A stretch of 64,000 nt of DNA from a virus (Duplodnaviria; Heunggongvirae; Uroviricota; Caudoviricetes), in IMG/VR virus record IMGVR_UViG_3300032053_000009, positions 82,630-146,629 of that record; one strand, written 5' to 3'. The notes under the pieces are model-generated. The model searched no databases. It saw nothing but the letters and a program-made list of their open reading frames with translations, and was not told the DNA's origin. This document shows positions 56,945 through 64,000 of this stretch, in pieces; position 1 is the stretch's first letter, and every line of letters starts with the position of its first letter. The position numbers were made by a program, and so were the translations under genes.

Positions 56945-57271
56945 TTAAGGCGTCGGCGCCGCAGCTCCTTGCGCCAGCGCTTCTGCGTCAATCTCGCTCC
57001 GTCCATGCTCATCCTCCGTATTTATGATATTTTCAAATTCAGCCTCTTGAATAAAAACAACCTTCAATGGATCGTTCTTATAAACATGAAGCTCTGACCG
57101 CAAGCGGCTATTCTCTTGACACGTGGCATCCATTGAATGACTGAGGTCGTAAACGAGTTTGATCAAATAAGGAAGGTCGAATCGAATCAGTGTTACAGCA
57201 GAATCCTTATCTCCATCTCTATACCTTTCCATTCGTGCTCGAATCTCGCTGATCTTTTCGTGAGCTTCCAT
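56945..57271 (-). CDS. hypothetical protein, about 108 aa
   Basis: The start is assigned at MEAHEK, using a GGGAGGAA RBS. Confidence 0.4.
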   Translation of the reverse strand: MEAHEKISEIRARMERYRDGDKDSAVTLIRFDLPYLIKLVYDLSHSMDATCQENSRLRSELHVYKNDPLKVVFIQEAEFENIINTEDEHGRSEIDAEALAQGAAAPTP

Positions 57272-57617
57272 GATTATTCCTCCCATTTGGATAAATAATG
57301 GTTACAGGCTTTCTCATGTTCTGCGCCAGATCAATACTGTTCTTCGTTCCCGCCGACACCCCATCCCAGAACGCCACCAACGCATCGCAATTCTCAACAA
57401 TTGTGCGATTCCTGATTGGACCCGCCGCTCTTCCCTGGTGCGTCCAATCCGGCATAAAAATATCCACCTTCATGCCACGTGCTTCAGCAGCTTTCTGAGC
57501 CACCAGGTCCACACCTATGGCGCCACCGCTGACAATAATAGTCTCAACGGGCAAGCCTTTCACATAAGCAATGACTTTATCCAAACTTGGAAACTGACGT
57601 GAACCAACTATAGCCAC
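57219..57617 (-). CDS. SLOG-superfamily (DUF2493/DprA-like) nucleotide-binding protein, 132 aa
   Basis: The start codon is GTG. The motifs AIVGSRQF...VSGGAIGVD...PDWTHQGRAAGPIRN...ALVAFWDGVSAGT match the family. Confidence 0.6.
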   Translation of the reverse strand: MAIVGSRQFPSLDKVIAYVKGLPVETIIVSGGAIGVDLVAQKAAEARGMKVDIFMPDWTHQGRAAGPIRNRTIVENCDALVAFWDGVSAGTKNSIDLAQNMRKPVTIIYPNGRNNHGSSRKDQRDSSTNGKV

Positions 57618-57679
57618 TCTGGGTACGCTCAGGATGTCACCCCCAAATCGCTTCGTTCAGATTCTACTAATTTCCTTGT

Positions 57680-58207
57680 TTAACCCAACTGAAAATACAC
57701 AACAACACGTGGCAAGTGATAAACACGATTGCCAATGAACACTCGCTTGATCACTTTATAAACTGTCGGATCTGGATTGGGCATGACGTACTTATGATAT
57801 ACGATCAGAAGTCCGCCCTTACGCAACAGCTTTGTTGCCTCTGCTGTCCACTTCATATAATTCAATTTCGGCGTGCCGTAAATTTCCTTAGCTTCCTGGT
57901 CGCTATAAGGCGGGTCGGCTAAAATAATATCGAACTTAGCTTTGACACAACACGTCAAAGCATGAGCGTCGCAAAGCATATCCGGCTTCACGTCTGGATT
58001 AAGGTCTACCCGATACCCCTGCTTATTCATTCCACAAAACAAATTCAACACATCAGCATTCGGCTTCAGAATGATGTCCCGTGCCAAATCAAGAATCCAC
58101 TCCTCGGCATAAAGCGGCATCCCGCCTTTGTAGCGATCCTTCTTTGGCCGTGGCAAGAACCACGCCACGTTTTTCTTTTGCGTGTCCGACTCCCAACGAT
58201 TCATCAA
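57680..58207 (-). CDS. DPPY-motif methyltransferase (N6-adenine/N4-cytosine DNA or RsmD-like), 175 aa
   Basis: It has an AAGGAGGGG RBS. Motif I-like (LNLFCGMNKQG) and motif IV (ILADPPY) are present. Confidence 0.55.
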   Translation of the reverse strand: MMNRWESDTQKKNVAWFLPRPKKDRYKGGMPLYAEEWILDLARDIILKPNADVLNLFCGMNKQGYRVDLNPDVKPDMLCDAHALTCCVKAKFDIILADPPYSDQEAKEIYGTPKLNYMKWTAEATKLLRKGGLLIVYHKYVMPNPDPTVYKVIKRVFIGNRVYHLPRVVVYFQLG

Positions 58208-58430
58208 CCCCTCCTTAAATCGGCTCCTATCCCCTCACCGCTGGCAATGCTGGGAATGAGGCGTTTGGCTGTCCCAGCGGGTAGACGCTCGGAGCTTAAG
58301 CCCCTGGCTGCCCCTCGCCGACACTTGTAGCGAGGTTTTTTCAGTGCACTTAGCAGACTACCGATCCGGCCAGATCAGTCGCAGGGACACACAGCATTTC
58401 TGGTTCCCCAGTCCTTGATGCTGCGTTAAT
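58208..58430 (-). promoter_or_regulatory. 223-nt structured non-coding leader upstream of the MTase gene
   Basis: Several mutually exclusive inverted repeats occur, for example GCTGGGA...TCCCAGC and CCGCTGG...CCAGCGG. A hairpin plus T6 in plus-strand orientation lies at 58313-58341. Confidence 0.3.
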
Positions 58431-58817
58431 CTATAAAGGAACAACTCTCTGACCCTCAAGGATGGCGTCATAGTGCAATTTAATTATGTGAACCAACCCT
58501 TTATCCCGATAATCGAAGTTGTCGCCAATGTTCAAATTAAACACTGGCTTCTTCGTGCGCTCTTGAACAATTTTCTTCTGATCCTCATCCATGCACAAGA
58601 TTTCATCAGCCCACTCAAGCAAGACATCATCCAGTCTTATCAACGCATGACCAGGATCAAGCCCAACCGCTCGTGTATTACAATCATATGGCGGATTCGA
58701 TAGCACCCACGCCACCGTAGGTGAGCGCAAAAGTCCCGCAGAGCAAACACACAACACCCGCTTATATTTGCCCTGCAAAGGATTCTTGGCATTCCACGTC
58801 CGGTTCACGTCACCCAT
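58431..58817 (-). CDS. low-molecular-weight protein tyrosine phosphatase/ArsC-like, 128 aa
   Basis: The CX5R(S/T) P-loop (VLCVCSAGLLRSPTV) lies near the N-terminus. Confidence 0.55.
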   Translation of the reverse strand: MGDVNRTWNAKNPLQGKYKRVLCVCSAGLLRSPTVAWVLSNPPYDCNTRAVGLDPGHALIRLDDVLLEWADEILCMDEDQKKIVQERTKKPVFNLNIGDNFDYRDKGLVHIIKLHYDAILEGQRVVPL

Positions 58818-59186
58818 CTAATCAACCTTGGTAATGAAATACGAGGTGTCACCTTTCCACGGCATCGAAAACGCAACTTGCCTGTACGTCAGCGTCACAA
58901 CCTTCTGAGACTTCTGAGCGCTGTCAAGAAGCTCCATGACGGCATCGGCGCCTTTCGGCACCGTGAAATCCCACGTCTGGCCGGACTGCACGCCACCAAT
59001 CATGAGCTGCCCTTCATTGGTTTTGACCCACATACCTTTGGTGGACAGCTTGACCACCACGCCAGTGCGTGTCCCGTTACTGACAGACAGGGATGACTTG
59101 ATCACGCCACCACCAATCGCAACGACGATGCCGATGATCGCAACAAAGATCATCAGCTCAATTAAAGTGAATCCCTTTTTCTTCAT
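58818..59186 (-). CDS. type IV pilin/pseudopilin-like protein (prepilin N-terminal methylation motif), 122 aa
   Basis: The N-terminus (MKKKG|FTLIELMIFVAIIGIVVAI) is a class III signal with the Gly-1/Glu+5 cleavage and methylation motif. Confidence 0.65.
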   Translation of the reverse strand: MKKKGFTLIELMIFVAIIGIVVAIGGGVIKSSLSVSNGTRTGVVVKLSTKGMWVKTNEGQLMIGGVQSGQTWDFTVPKGADAVMELLDSAQKSQKVVTLTYRQVAFSMPWKGDTSYFITKVD

Positions 59187-60088
59187 TTGCTCTCCTCAGC
59201 CTTCTTGGGCGACAACGCCATGTTAATGAACGGAATCGAACCCGACCCCATAAATTCTGGCAGCACACCATTCCACTTTGCGATGGCTTGGATCGACGCT
59301 TCAACCTTCCGCAGCTCAATCAGTTGAGGCGTGATGGCTTCCTTCTGCATCTGTAGTCCCGTCGCCTCAGCTTTGGCCTGAACGATCTTTTGATCGGCTT
59401 CAATCTTGATCCGATCCAGATCACGCTGCGCCTTGAGAGCCAACTGCTCAGCCACCTGTTTCTGCTCAATGGCGTGGCTGAACGCTTCGGAGAAGCTGAA
59501 ATTGGTCATGTACGTTTCAACAAGCTCCAAATCAGCCTGGGCAATCATCTCGCTCAGTTGCTGCTGAACCTTGGTCTTGACCTCTTCCCGCTTCGTCACA
59601 ATCTGCTCCGCCGTGTACGTGGCGATGACCGCCTTAACAGCCTCTTGAACGGCTGGCACGATAACCTTCACTTCGTAATCCTGTCCATACTGCTGGTAAA
59701 TCTTGGACATCAGATCGGGCTTCGGTCGATAGTTCAGCACCACCTCCGTGCTCACGTCCTGCAAGTCCTTGGACGCAGCGTTCGCTTTCACGTCGCTCTT
59801 CTGCACACGCACGTCGAAATCCACGGCGCTGTCCACGAACGGAACGATGGCGTGCATACCCTCACCCAGCACAATCGTCTTCACACCAACAAACTTATTG
59901 AAGACCACGTACCTGTGACCCGCCGGAACGATAATGATGGCGCTGGCGAGATTCGTCAGCACAACCAGCCCAATAAAAAACGCCACCGCCCTGGCTACGA
60001 ATGATTCTGGTTTGGCTCGATTCAAGACTTGGCGAACGACATACCACAGAATCAGAGCAAACCCAATAAAGAATACTAATGCTCCCAT
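59183..60088 (-). CDS. SPFH/band-7 (prohibitin/HflKC-like) membrane protein, 301 aa
   Basis: It has an AAAGGAGAA RBS, an N-terminal transmembrane helix, an SPFH core (IIIVPAGHRYVVFNKFVGV...GEGMHAIVPFVDSAV) and a C-terminal coiled coil. Confidence 0.7.
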   Translation of the reverse strand: MGALVFFIGFALILWYVVRQVLNRAKPESFVARAVAFFIGLVVLTNLASAIIIVPAGHRYVVFNKFVGVKTIVLGEGMHAIVPFVDSAVDFDVRVQKSDVKANAASKDLQDVSTEVVLNYRPKPDLMSKIYQQYGQDYEVKVIVPAVQEAVKAVIATYTAEQIVTKREEVKTKVQQQLSEMIAQADLELVETYMTNFSFSEAFSHAIEQKQVAEQLALKAQRDLDRIKIEADQKIVQAKAEATGLQMQKEAITPQLIELRKVEASIQAIAKWNGVLPEFMGSGSIPFINMALSPKKAEESK

Positions 60089-60089
60089 A

Positions 60090-60275
60090 TTATTTCTCCT
60101 TTCGGTTTTTATTTTCTTTCTTTGCCAGCAATCGCTGTTCATCGGTCAACGTCGCCGTTGACACAGTGCGACCGCACTCTTCGCAAATCGTTTTAATAAT
60201 GGTCACGCATTGCGCACCATCATACGTCGAAGTCCGCTTCAGTTGACGACAGCCACGCTTCCAACAGTCAGCCAT
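60090..60275 (-). CDS. zinc-ribbon protein, about 61 aa
   Basis: The motifs are CWKRGC...CEEC. Confidence 0.35.
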   Translation of the reverse strand: MADCWKRGCRQLKRTSTYDGAQCVTIIKTICEECGRTVSTATLTDEQRLLAKKENKNRKEK

Positions 60276-60276
60276 A

Positions 60277-60477
60277 TTATTGCTGCGTTCCTTGCGCCAG
60301 CAAACGCTTAAAACCTTCAAACGACATACGCAACAGCAACCAATTCTCACCCTCGCCACGCATACGCACCATTGCCTCTCTACGAGACGACTCGGCAACC
60401 TCTATTATGTCAGAACGGTTCAGTAAACGAGAATATCCATCCTCGCACACAACTTCAATGAACTGAGAATCCGTCAT
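60277..60477 (-). CDS. hypothetical protein, 66 aa
   Basis: Small ORF packed between neighbouring genes. Confidence 0.35.
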   Translation of the reverse strand: MTDSQFIEVVCEDGYSRLLNRSDIIEVAESSRREAMVRMRGEGENWLLLRMSFEGFKRLLAQGTQQ

Positions 60478-60911
60478 CCTTTGTGCTCCAATAATTGAAA
60501 CTTGTTCTGCTCCATCTGTTGGAAAATTGTCTTGCCTGATTTAGATTGAATATAAGGAAGGAACACTTCATGGATAGACACCATTGAGGTCTGTACGAGC
60601 GCAAGCTGGGCTTCAACCCATCGCAGGATCTGGCGCCACGCCACACGCTTCGCCCACCGTTCATACGAGTCGTCATAACGTGGTCGCTTATTCTCTTTCT
60701 TGAGTAACGCCTCTACAGCCTGCCAACGACACGGCAACATGAACGGCACATCCACGTCATTCCATTTAATCTTGAACGACAACGCCACGATATCCCCTGC
60801 GTCATAATTTATCAGGATAGCGTTGGCGCCATTCTTACCCAACAACTCTTGGATCTGACCTACAGTCCGCTTCGGATCAATGCGAGTCGTCTCCATGTAA
60901 AAGGTAGCCAT
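60474..60911 (-). CDS. hypothetical protein, 145 aa
   Basis: Intact ORF. Confidence 0.5.
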   Translation of the reverse strand: MATFYMETTRIDPKRTVGQIQELLGKNGANAILINYDAGDIVALSFKIKWNDVDVPFMLPCRWQAVEALLKKENKRPRYDDSYERWAKRVAWRQILRWVEAQLALVQTSMVSIHEVFLPYIQSKSGKTIFQQMEQNKFQLLEHKG

Positions 60912-60919
60912 ACAGCTCC

Positions 60920-61669
60920 TTATTTTGCGTTGTAAATCAATTCTCCAACAACCTCAATTTCCTTGTCCCAAGCGCCGATCACATAGAACCATCTGCCGAA
61001 AGGTGCGCTGGCAAGCATAATTGGATCACGACGTGTCTCTTTTCCGCCGTCGTCAATGATAAGAGAAATATCAGGAGCGCCGGAGCGAACCTTCTTGCAA
61101 GCGCTGACATACTTCTCCAACTCATCCAGAGCCTCAGTTGGGACAGTCTTATAATAAGCGTTGAAACCAACCTTGCGCAGCTTGTACTTTTTGCACAACT
61201 CATTAATTTTCTCGTTGGTCGTGATCGACCACGGAAACAATTTTTGGCGCTTCTTATAATATGTCCTGGCTTTCAAATACCCCAGTGCCTCTTCCTCGTC
61301 ACGTGGCTTAATATCCTGCTCCATCAAAATCCGTATCCGTTTCTTCACGATCTTGATCTGCTTATCCAATCCGTCCAGCATCATAGATGGCGTTTCGGTC
61401 ACGATCTCTTTCACGACCTCAACAGGCTTGACCTCAATGCGCTCGTCTTTCTTGGCTTCCGTTTTATATGTGCCAACAGCGACGCTGCCTGTCGTAACCG
61501 CATTGGTCGCATTGTCGAACGTAGTCCACTGTGTCGGTTGATTAAAACTAATTTGCTGTGGCAGCTCGGTGTCATGATACTCGCCGCTACCCATTGCGGC
61601 GCCGGACAAGTAAGACACACGGCTCTTTTTTCGCATCCGCTTGATCAATTCTTTTAGCGCTTTGAACAT
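60920..61669 (-). CDS. hypothetical protein, 249 aa
   Basis: An AAAGGAGA RBS precedes the start. Confidence 0.55.
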   Translation of the reverse strand: MFKALKELIKRMRKKSRVSYLSGAAMGSGEYHDTELPQQISFNQPTQWTTFDNATNAVTTGSVAVGTYKTEAKKDERIEVKPVEVVKEIVTETPSMMLDGLDKQIKIVKKRIRILMEQDIKPRDEEEALGYLKARTYYKKRQKLFPWSITTNEKINELCKKYKLRKVGFNAYYKTVPTEALDELEKYVSACKKVRSGAPDISLIIDDGGKETRRDPIMLASAPFGRWFYVIGAWDKEIEVVGELIYNAK

Positions 61670-61867
61670 AATTTGTCTCCTTTTCGCTCAATATAAAAAC
61701 ACTGGCAGGCGGTTGCCCGACTTGGGTTTTCCTTCCTTGTCACGTATCTATGACAAGTCTTTGAAGCGTCCGTGCAGAGATGTCGTCACAGTTGCCCTGT
61801 TGTTCACGGTCCACGCACCCAACTTTCTCAAAAGGACACCGAATATCGGCGTCACTGCCAGTACAAA

Positions 61868-62059
61868 TTATTCCCACCCCACAATGTCCTTGCACGCTCG
61901 GCAAATTAACGCCGACGACGGCAACCACCAAAATATAATCGCCAGCGTCCGAGACACCTGCCCTCTCAAAAACGGCTCAAATACAGCCTTGCATTGCGGG
62001 CACGTCTTGAGAGGAACAGGCTTGTCCTTCAATTTCAAATAAGCCTTATTGACGCTCAA
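61868..62059 (-). CDS. zinc-ribbon protein, 63 aa
   Basis: The motifs are CPQC...CRAC. It overlaps the upstream gene by 4 nt. Confidence 0.35.
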   Translation of the reverse strand: MSVNKAYLKLKDKPVPLKTCPQCKAVFEPFLRGQVSRTLAIIFWWLPSSALICRACKDIVGWE

Positions 62060-62415
62060 GCGTTGTCAGGCGGAGGCGTCGGTTTGCTCTCTGACTCCGC
62101 TTGCTTGCGCATCTCTTTAATCTCTTTCTTGGTCTTAAAAGACGGAGCCGCCGCAAGCATTGGCTCGGTAAAGGACAAATTGTCCTTACCGAGATACCCG
62201 TTCCGACCAACGGCTCGGCAGGTGTAATGAATCTGGTGCGTGTTATAACATTGCTGATACAGCCGCTCCTGCACTACGTACCGCATCTCTGGCTCGTCAC
62301 GAAACATCCACGTCGCTTCGTTATCAATCATGTCACCAAGCAAATGCGCCACGGCTGACGGCATCACCAAGTCACCCACTTTGAACTTGAACTCCACTTC
62401 TATTTTTTCACTCAT
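62056..62415 (-). CDS. hypothetical protein, 119 aa
   Basis: Intact ORF. Confidence 0.5.
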   Translation of the reverse strand: MSEKIEVEFKFKVGDLVMPSAVAHLLGDMIDNEATWMFRDEPEMRYVVQERLYQQCYNTHQIHYTCRAVGRNGYLGKDNLSFTEPMLAAAPSFKTKKEIKEMRKQAESESKPTPPPDNA

Positions 62416-62434
62416 TTTCAGTTTTCTCCTTTCC

Positions 62435-63397
62435 TTAATTAACTACACCCTTAATCAAATAATCTTTATCAGTTACTCCAATATCAGCGTCGCCTCTTTT
62501 GTGCATCGGCCACCAATACCTTCCTTTGTATTTACCAAATAAACCATGCACAGAAAAATCCTTAAAATGACCTCGACAAATATGAAGCGACCTTGGAGAT
62601 ATACCTACATCCTGACCACCAACATCACGAATAATTTTTTTAACTGGCTCGATAACTATTGTGTGAAAATTAAAAAATGGCAACTTCCCGTCTTTTATTC
62701 TTGATCTCTGAACCTTGTCTCTAGCAACAGAACATTTTTTCACCACAACATTTTTACAATGCAAAAAAGATAATGACAAAAGAGGAATGAATATAAGATC
62801 GTTCACTGATGACATAAACTTATCTATCTGATCCCGACCTTGAACCATAGTCGATATGCAATCCGTATAACAATAACCTTCACCAATTTTCAAAATTTCA
62901 CCATCATCAGACACAGCCCATATAAAACGAGATAAAAACATCGGATCACATTTTCCCAAACGAATAAACGTAAACAATACACAACCCCATTTTGATCTAG
63001 CAACAACATCAGAATCCGTTTCTATATTCATACCTGCCGTTAAATTTGCATTTAACTTTTTTGGATAATCAAAAAATACACGTCGCTCAACATCATTCGC
63101 AAATTCATGACTTTGCATCAAAACGCCATAGCGACCACGCATCCCATTTGAGCATTGCTCAACATGACCTTCATGATTCATCCATTGCGGAATTAACCAC
63201 TCACTCCACATCAAATCAAAAGGAGGAGCAATATTAGGAAAATCACTGTACTGCCAATAATTTTTAGGATTTTGATAAAAATAATCAGCTACGTTCTGCA
63301 CATCAACAACAAAAGCCTCTCGCAAACGATTTGCCGCAACATCACCGTTAGGTTGAGTTCTATACCACTGCGCAACATCATCAATCAACATAACCAA
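62435..63397 (-). CDS. hypothetical protein, 320 aa
   Basis: Intact ORF. Confidence 0.55.
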   Translation of the reverse strand: MVMLIDDVAQWYRTQPNGDVAANRLREAFVVDVQNVADYFYQNPKNYWQYSDFPNIAPPFDLMWSEWLIPQWMNHEGHVEQCSNGMRGRYGVLMQSHEFANDVERRVFFDYPKKLNANLTAGMNIETDSDVVARSKWGCVLFTFIRLGKCDPMFLSRFIWAVSDDGEILKIGEGYCYTDCISTMVQGRDQIDKFMSSVNDLIFIPLLSLSFLHCKNVVVKKCSVARDKVQRSRIKDGKLPFFNFHTIVIEPVKKIIRDVGGQDVGISPRSLHICRGHFKDFSVHGLFGKYKGRYWWPMHKRGDADIGVTDKDYLIKGVVN

Positions 63398-63400
63398 CCC

Positions 63401-63505
63401 CTATTATTTTGGCAGATTCAAATGATTGATCCACCACCGATCCGAAAACCAACGCCCAACTTGAACACCAGCAACGAACGCCACCAAAACAAGAATGACG
63501 CAGAT
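63401..63505 (-). CDS. tiny hydrophobic peptide, 34 aa
   Basis: The translation is MICVILVLVAFVAGVQVGRWFSDRWWINHLNLPK. It forms an ATGA overlap with the 46-aa peptide. Confidence 0.25.
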
Positions 63506-63642
63506 CATGACGGCCACCTCGAAATAATACCTAACAACATGACCACTAAAATAAACACGAGCAAGATCGCAAAGCTGTCAATCAATGTATATTGACAGAA
63601 TGGTTTATGAATAATCTCCTGATAAAAGCTAAGCAGATCCAT
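63502..63642 (-). CDS. tiny membrane peptide, 46 aa
   Basis: The translation is MDLLSFYQEIIHKPFCQYTLIDSFAILLVFILVVMLLGIISRWPS. It is below the cutoff of the provided ORF track. Confidence 0.3.
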
Positions 63643-63850
63643 GTTTTTTCTCATCCACATATTTCACAGACGACTTCGCAAACACTTGCGTCCCCAGCTC
63701 TTCCACCAAAACCCAATCGTTAGCCGACTGGCTAACGGTAAAAGTCTTGCCCTTATATTTTCCACGCAAGACCACGATCTTGCGACCGCCGACATAATCA
63801 GGAATCAAATCATCTTTACGACTCATGCACCTACACCAATTCAAACACAA
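63629..63850 (-). CDS. KOW-motif-like small protein, 73 aa
   Basis: The segment GGRKIVVLRGKYKGKTFTV looks like a KOW motif. Confidence 0.4.
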   Translation of the reverse strand: MCLNWCRCMSRKDDLIPDYVGGRKIVVLRGKYKGKTFTVSQSANDWVLVEELGTQVFAKSSVKYVDEKKHGSA

Positions 63851-64000
63851 CTGGAACAGATTGCCGAAATCCAGATAACATTGATTCAGCCAATTCCCTC
63901 ATCTGCGGATGTGCTGCGGGCGCCGTCCGCAATCGAAAAAAATGACGCCACTCACGAAGATTTGCCGTCATAACGATGTCAGTTTTAAGCGAATTGGGCA

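Noticed and set aside
1-64000. Search for tRNA, rRNA and CRISPR arrays
   Set aside because: No intergenic region longer than 60 nt showed a cloverleaf-compatible T-loop or anticodon arrangement. No regularly spaced direct repeats were seen. The only repeats are in-frame protein repeats.

Overview
Overview: This 64 kb window reads as a contiguous piece of a large tailed dsDNA phage or prophage. Almost every gene is on the minus strand, tightly packed, with frequent ATGA/TAATG start-stop overlaps and Shine-Dalgarno sites of the AAGGAGG type. The one clearly motif-supported plus-strand gene is an HNH homing endonuclease at 19124-19642.

Modules, in order of minus-strand transcription:
- 63.9 to 50.2 kb: accessory and host-interaction genes. 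These include a KOW-like protein, a DPPY methyltransferase, a SLOG/DUF2493 protein, a low-molecular-weight tyrosine phosphatase, a type IV pilin-like protein, an SPFH/band-7 protein, holin-like membrane proteins and many small zinc-ribbon ORFs.
- 50.1 to 36.1 kb: replication and recombination. This covers a DnaE-type PolIII alpha, a Rad50/SbcC-like ATPase that appears split into two genes, an SbcD/Mre11 nuclease, MazG, a PD-(D/E)XK nuclease, a SAM methyltransferase, an Hjc-like resolvase, DnaB helicase, DnaG primase, an HNH_3-like gene and a sigma-factor-like protein.
- 36.0 to 19.6 kb: a hairpin plus U-tract terminator, then the terminase large subunit, then four large proteins of 549, 461, 1277 and 2320 aa. 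They are low in complexity and rich in zinc ribbons.
- 18.8 to 12.5 kb: small virion and accessory genes. These include an EndoVII-like resolvase, very acidic proteins, and two paralogues that share the N-terminus MxFIDFTGxAIP.
- 12.6 to 0 kb: a head morphogenesis block of portal, a 546-aa protease/scaffold-like protein, scaffold, a decoration-like protein and the major capsid protein. It continues with further virion proteins and a 477-aa K/E-rich tandem-repeat protein.

No rRNA, tRNA or CRISPR array was found.

Most unusual features:
- The block of giant zinc-ribbon proteins between TerL and the portal gene.
- The Rad50/SbcC-like ATPase split right after its CPFC zinc hook, with the two halves about 3.5 kb apart.
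- A phage-borne cluster of SPFH, pseudopilin, tyrosine phosphatase and methyltransferase genes.
- A Cys/His-rich protein co-transcribed with dnaE.

All protein calls rest on motifs read by eye from the translations. No database search was run.
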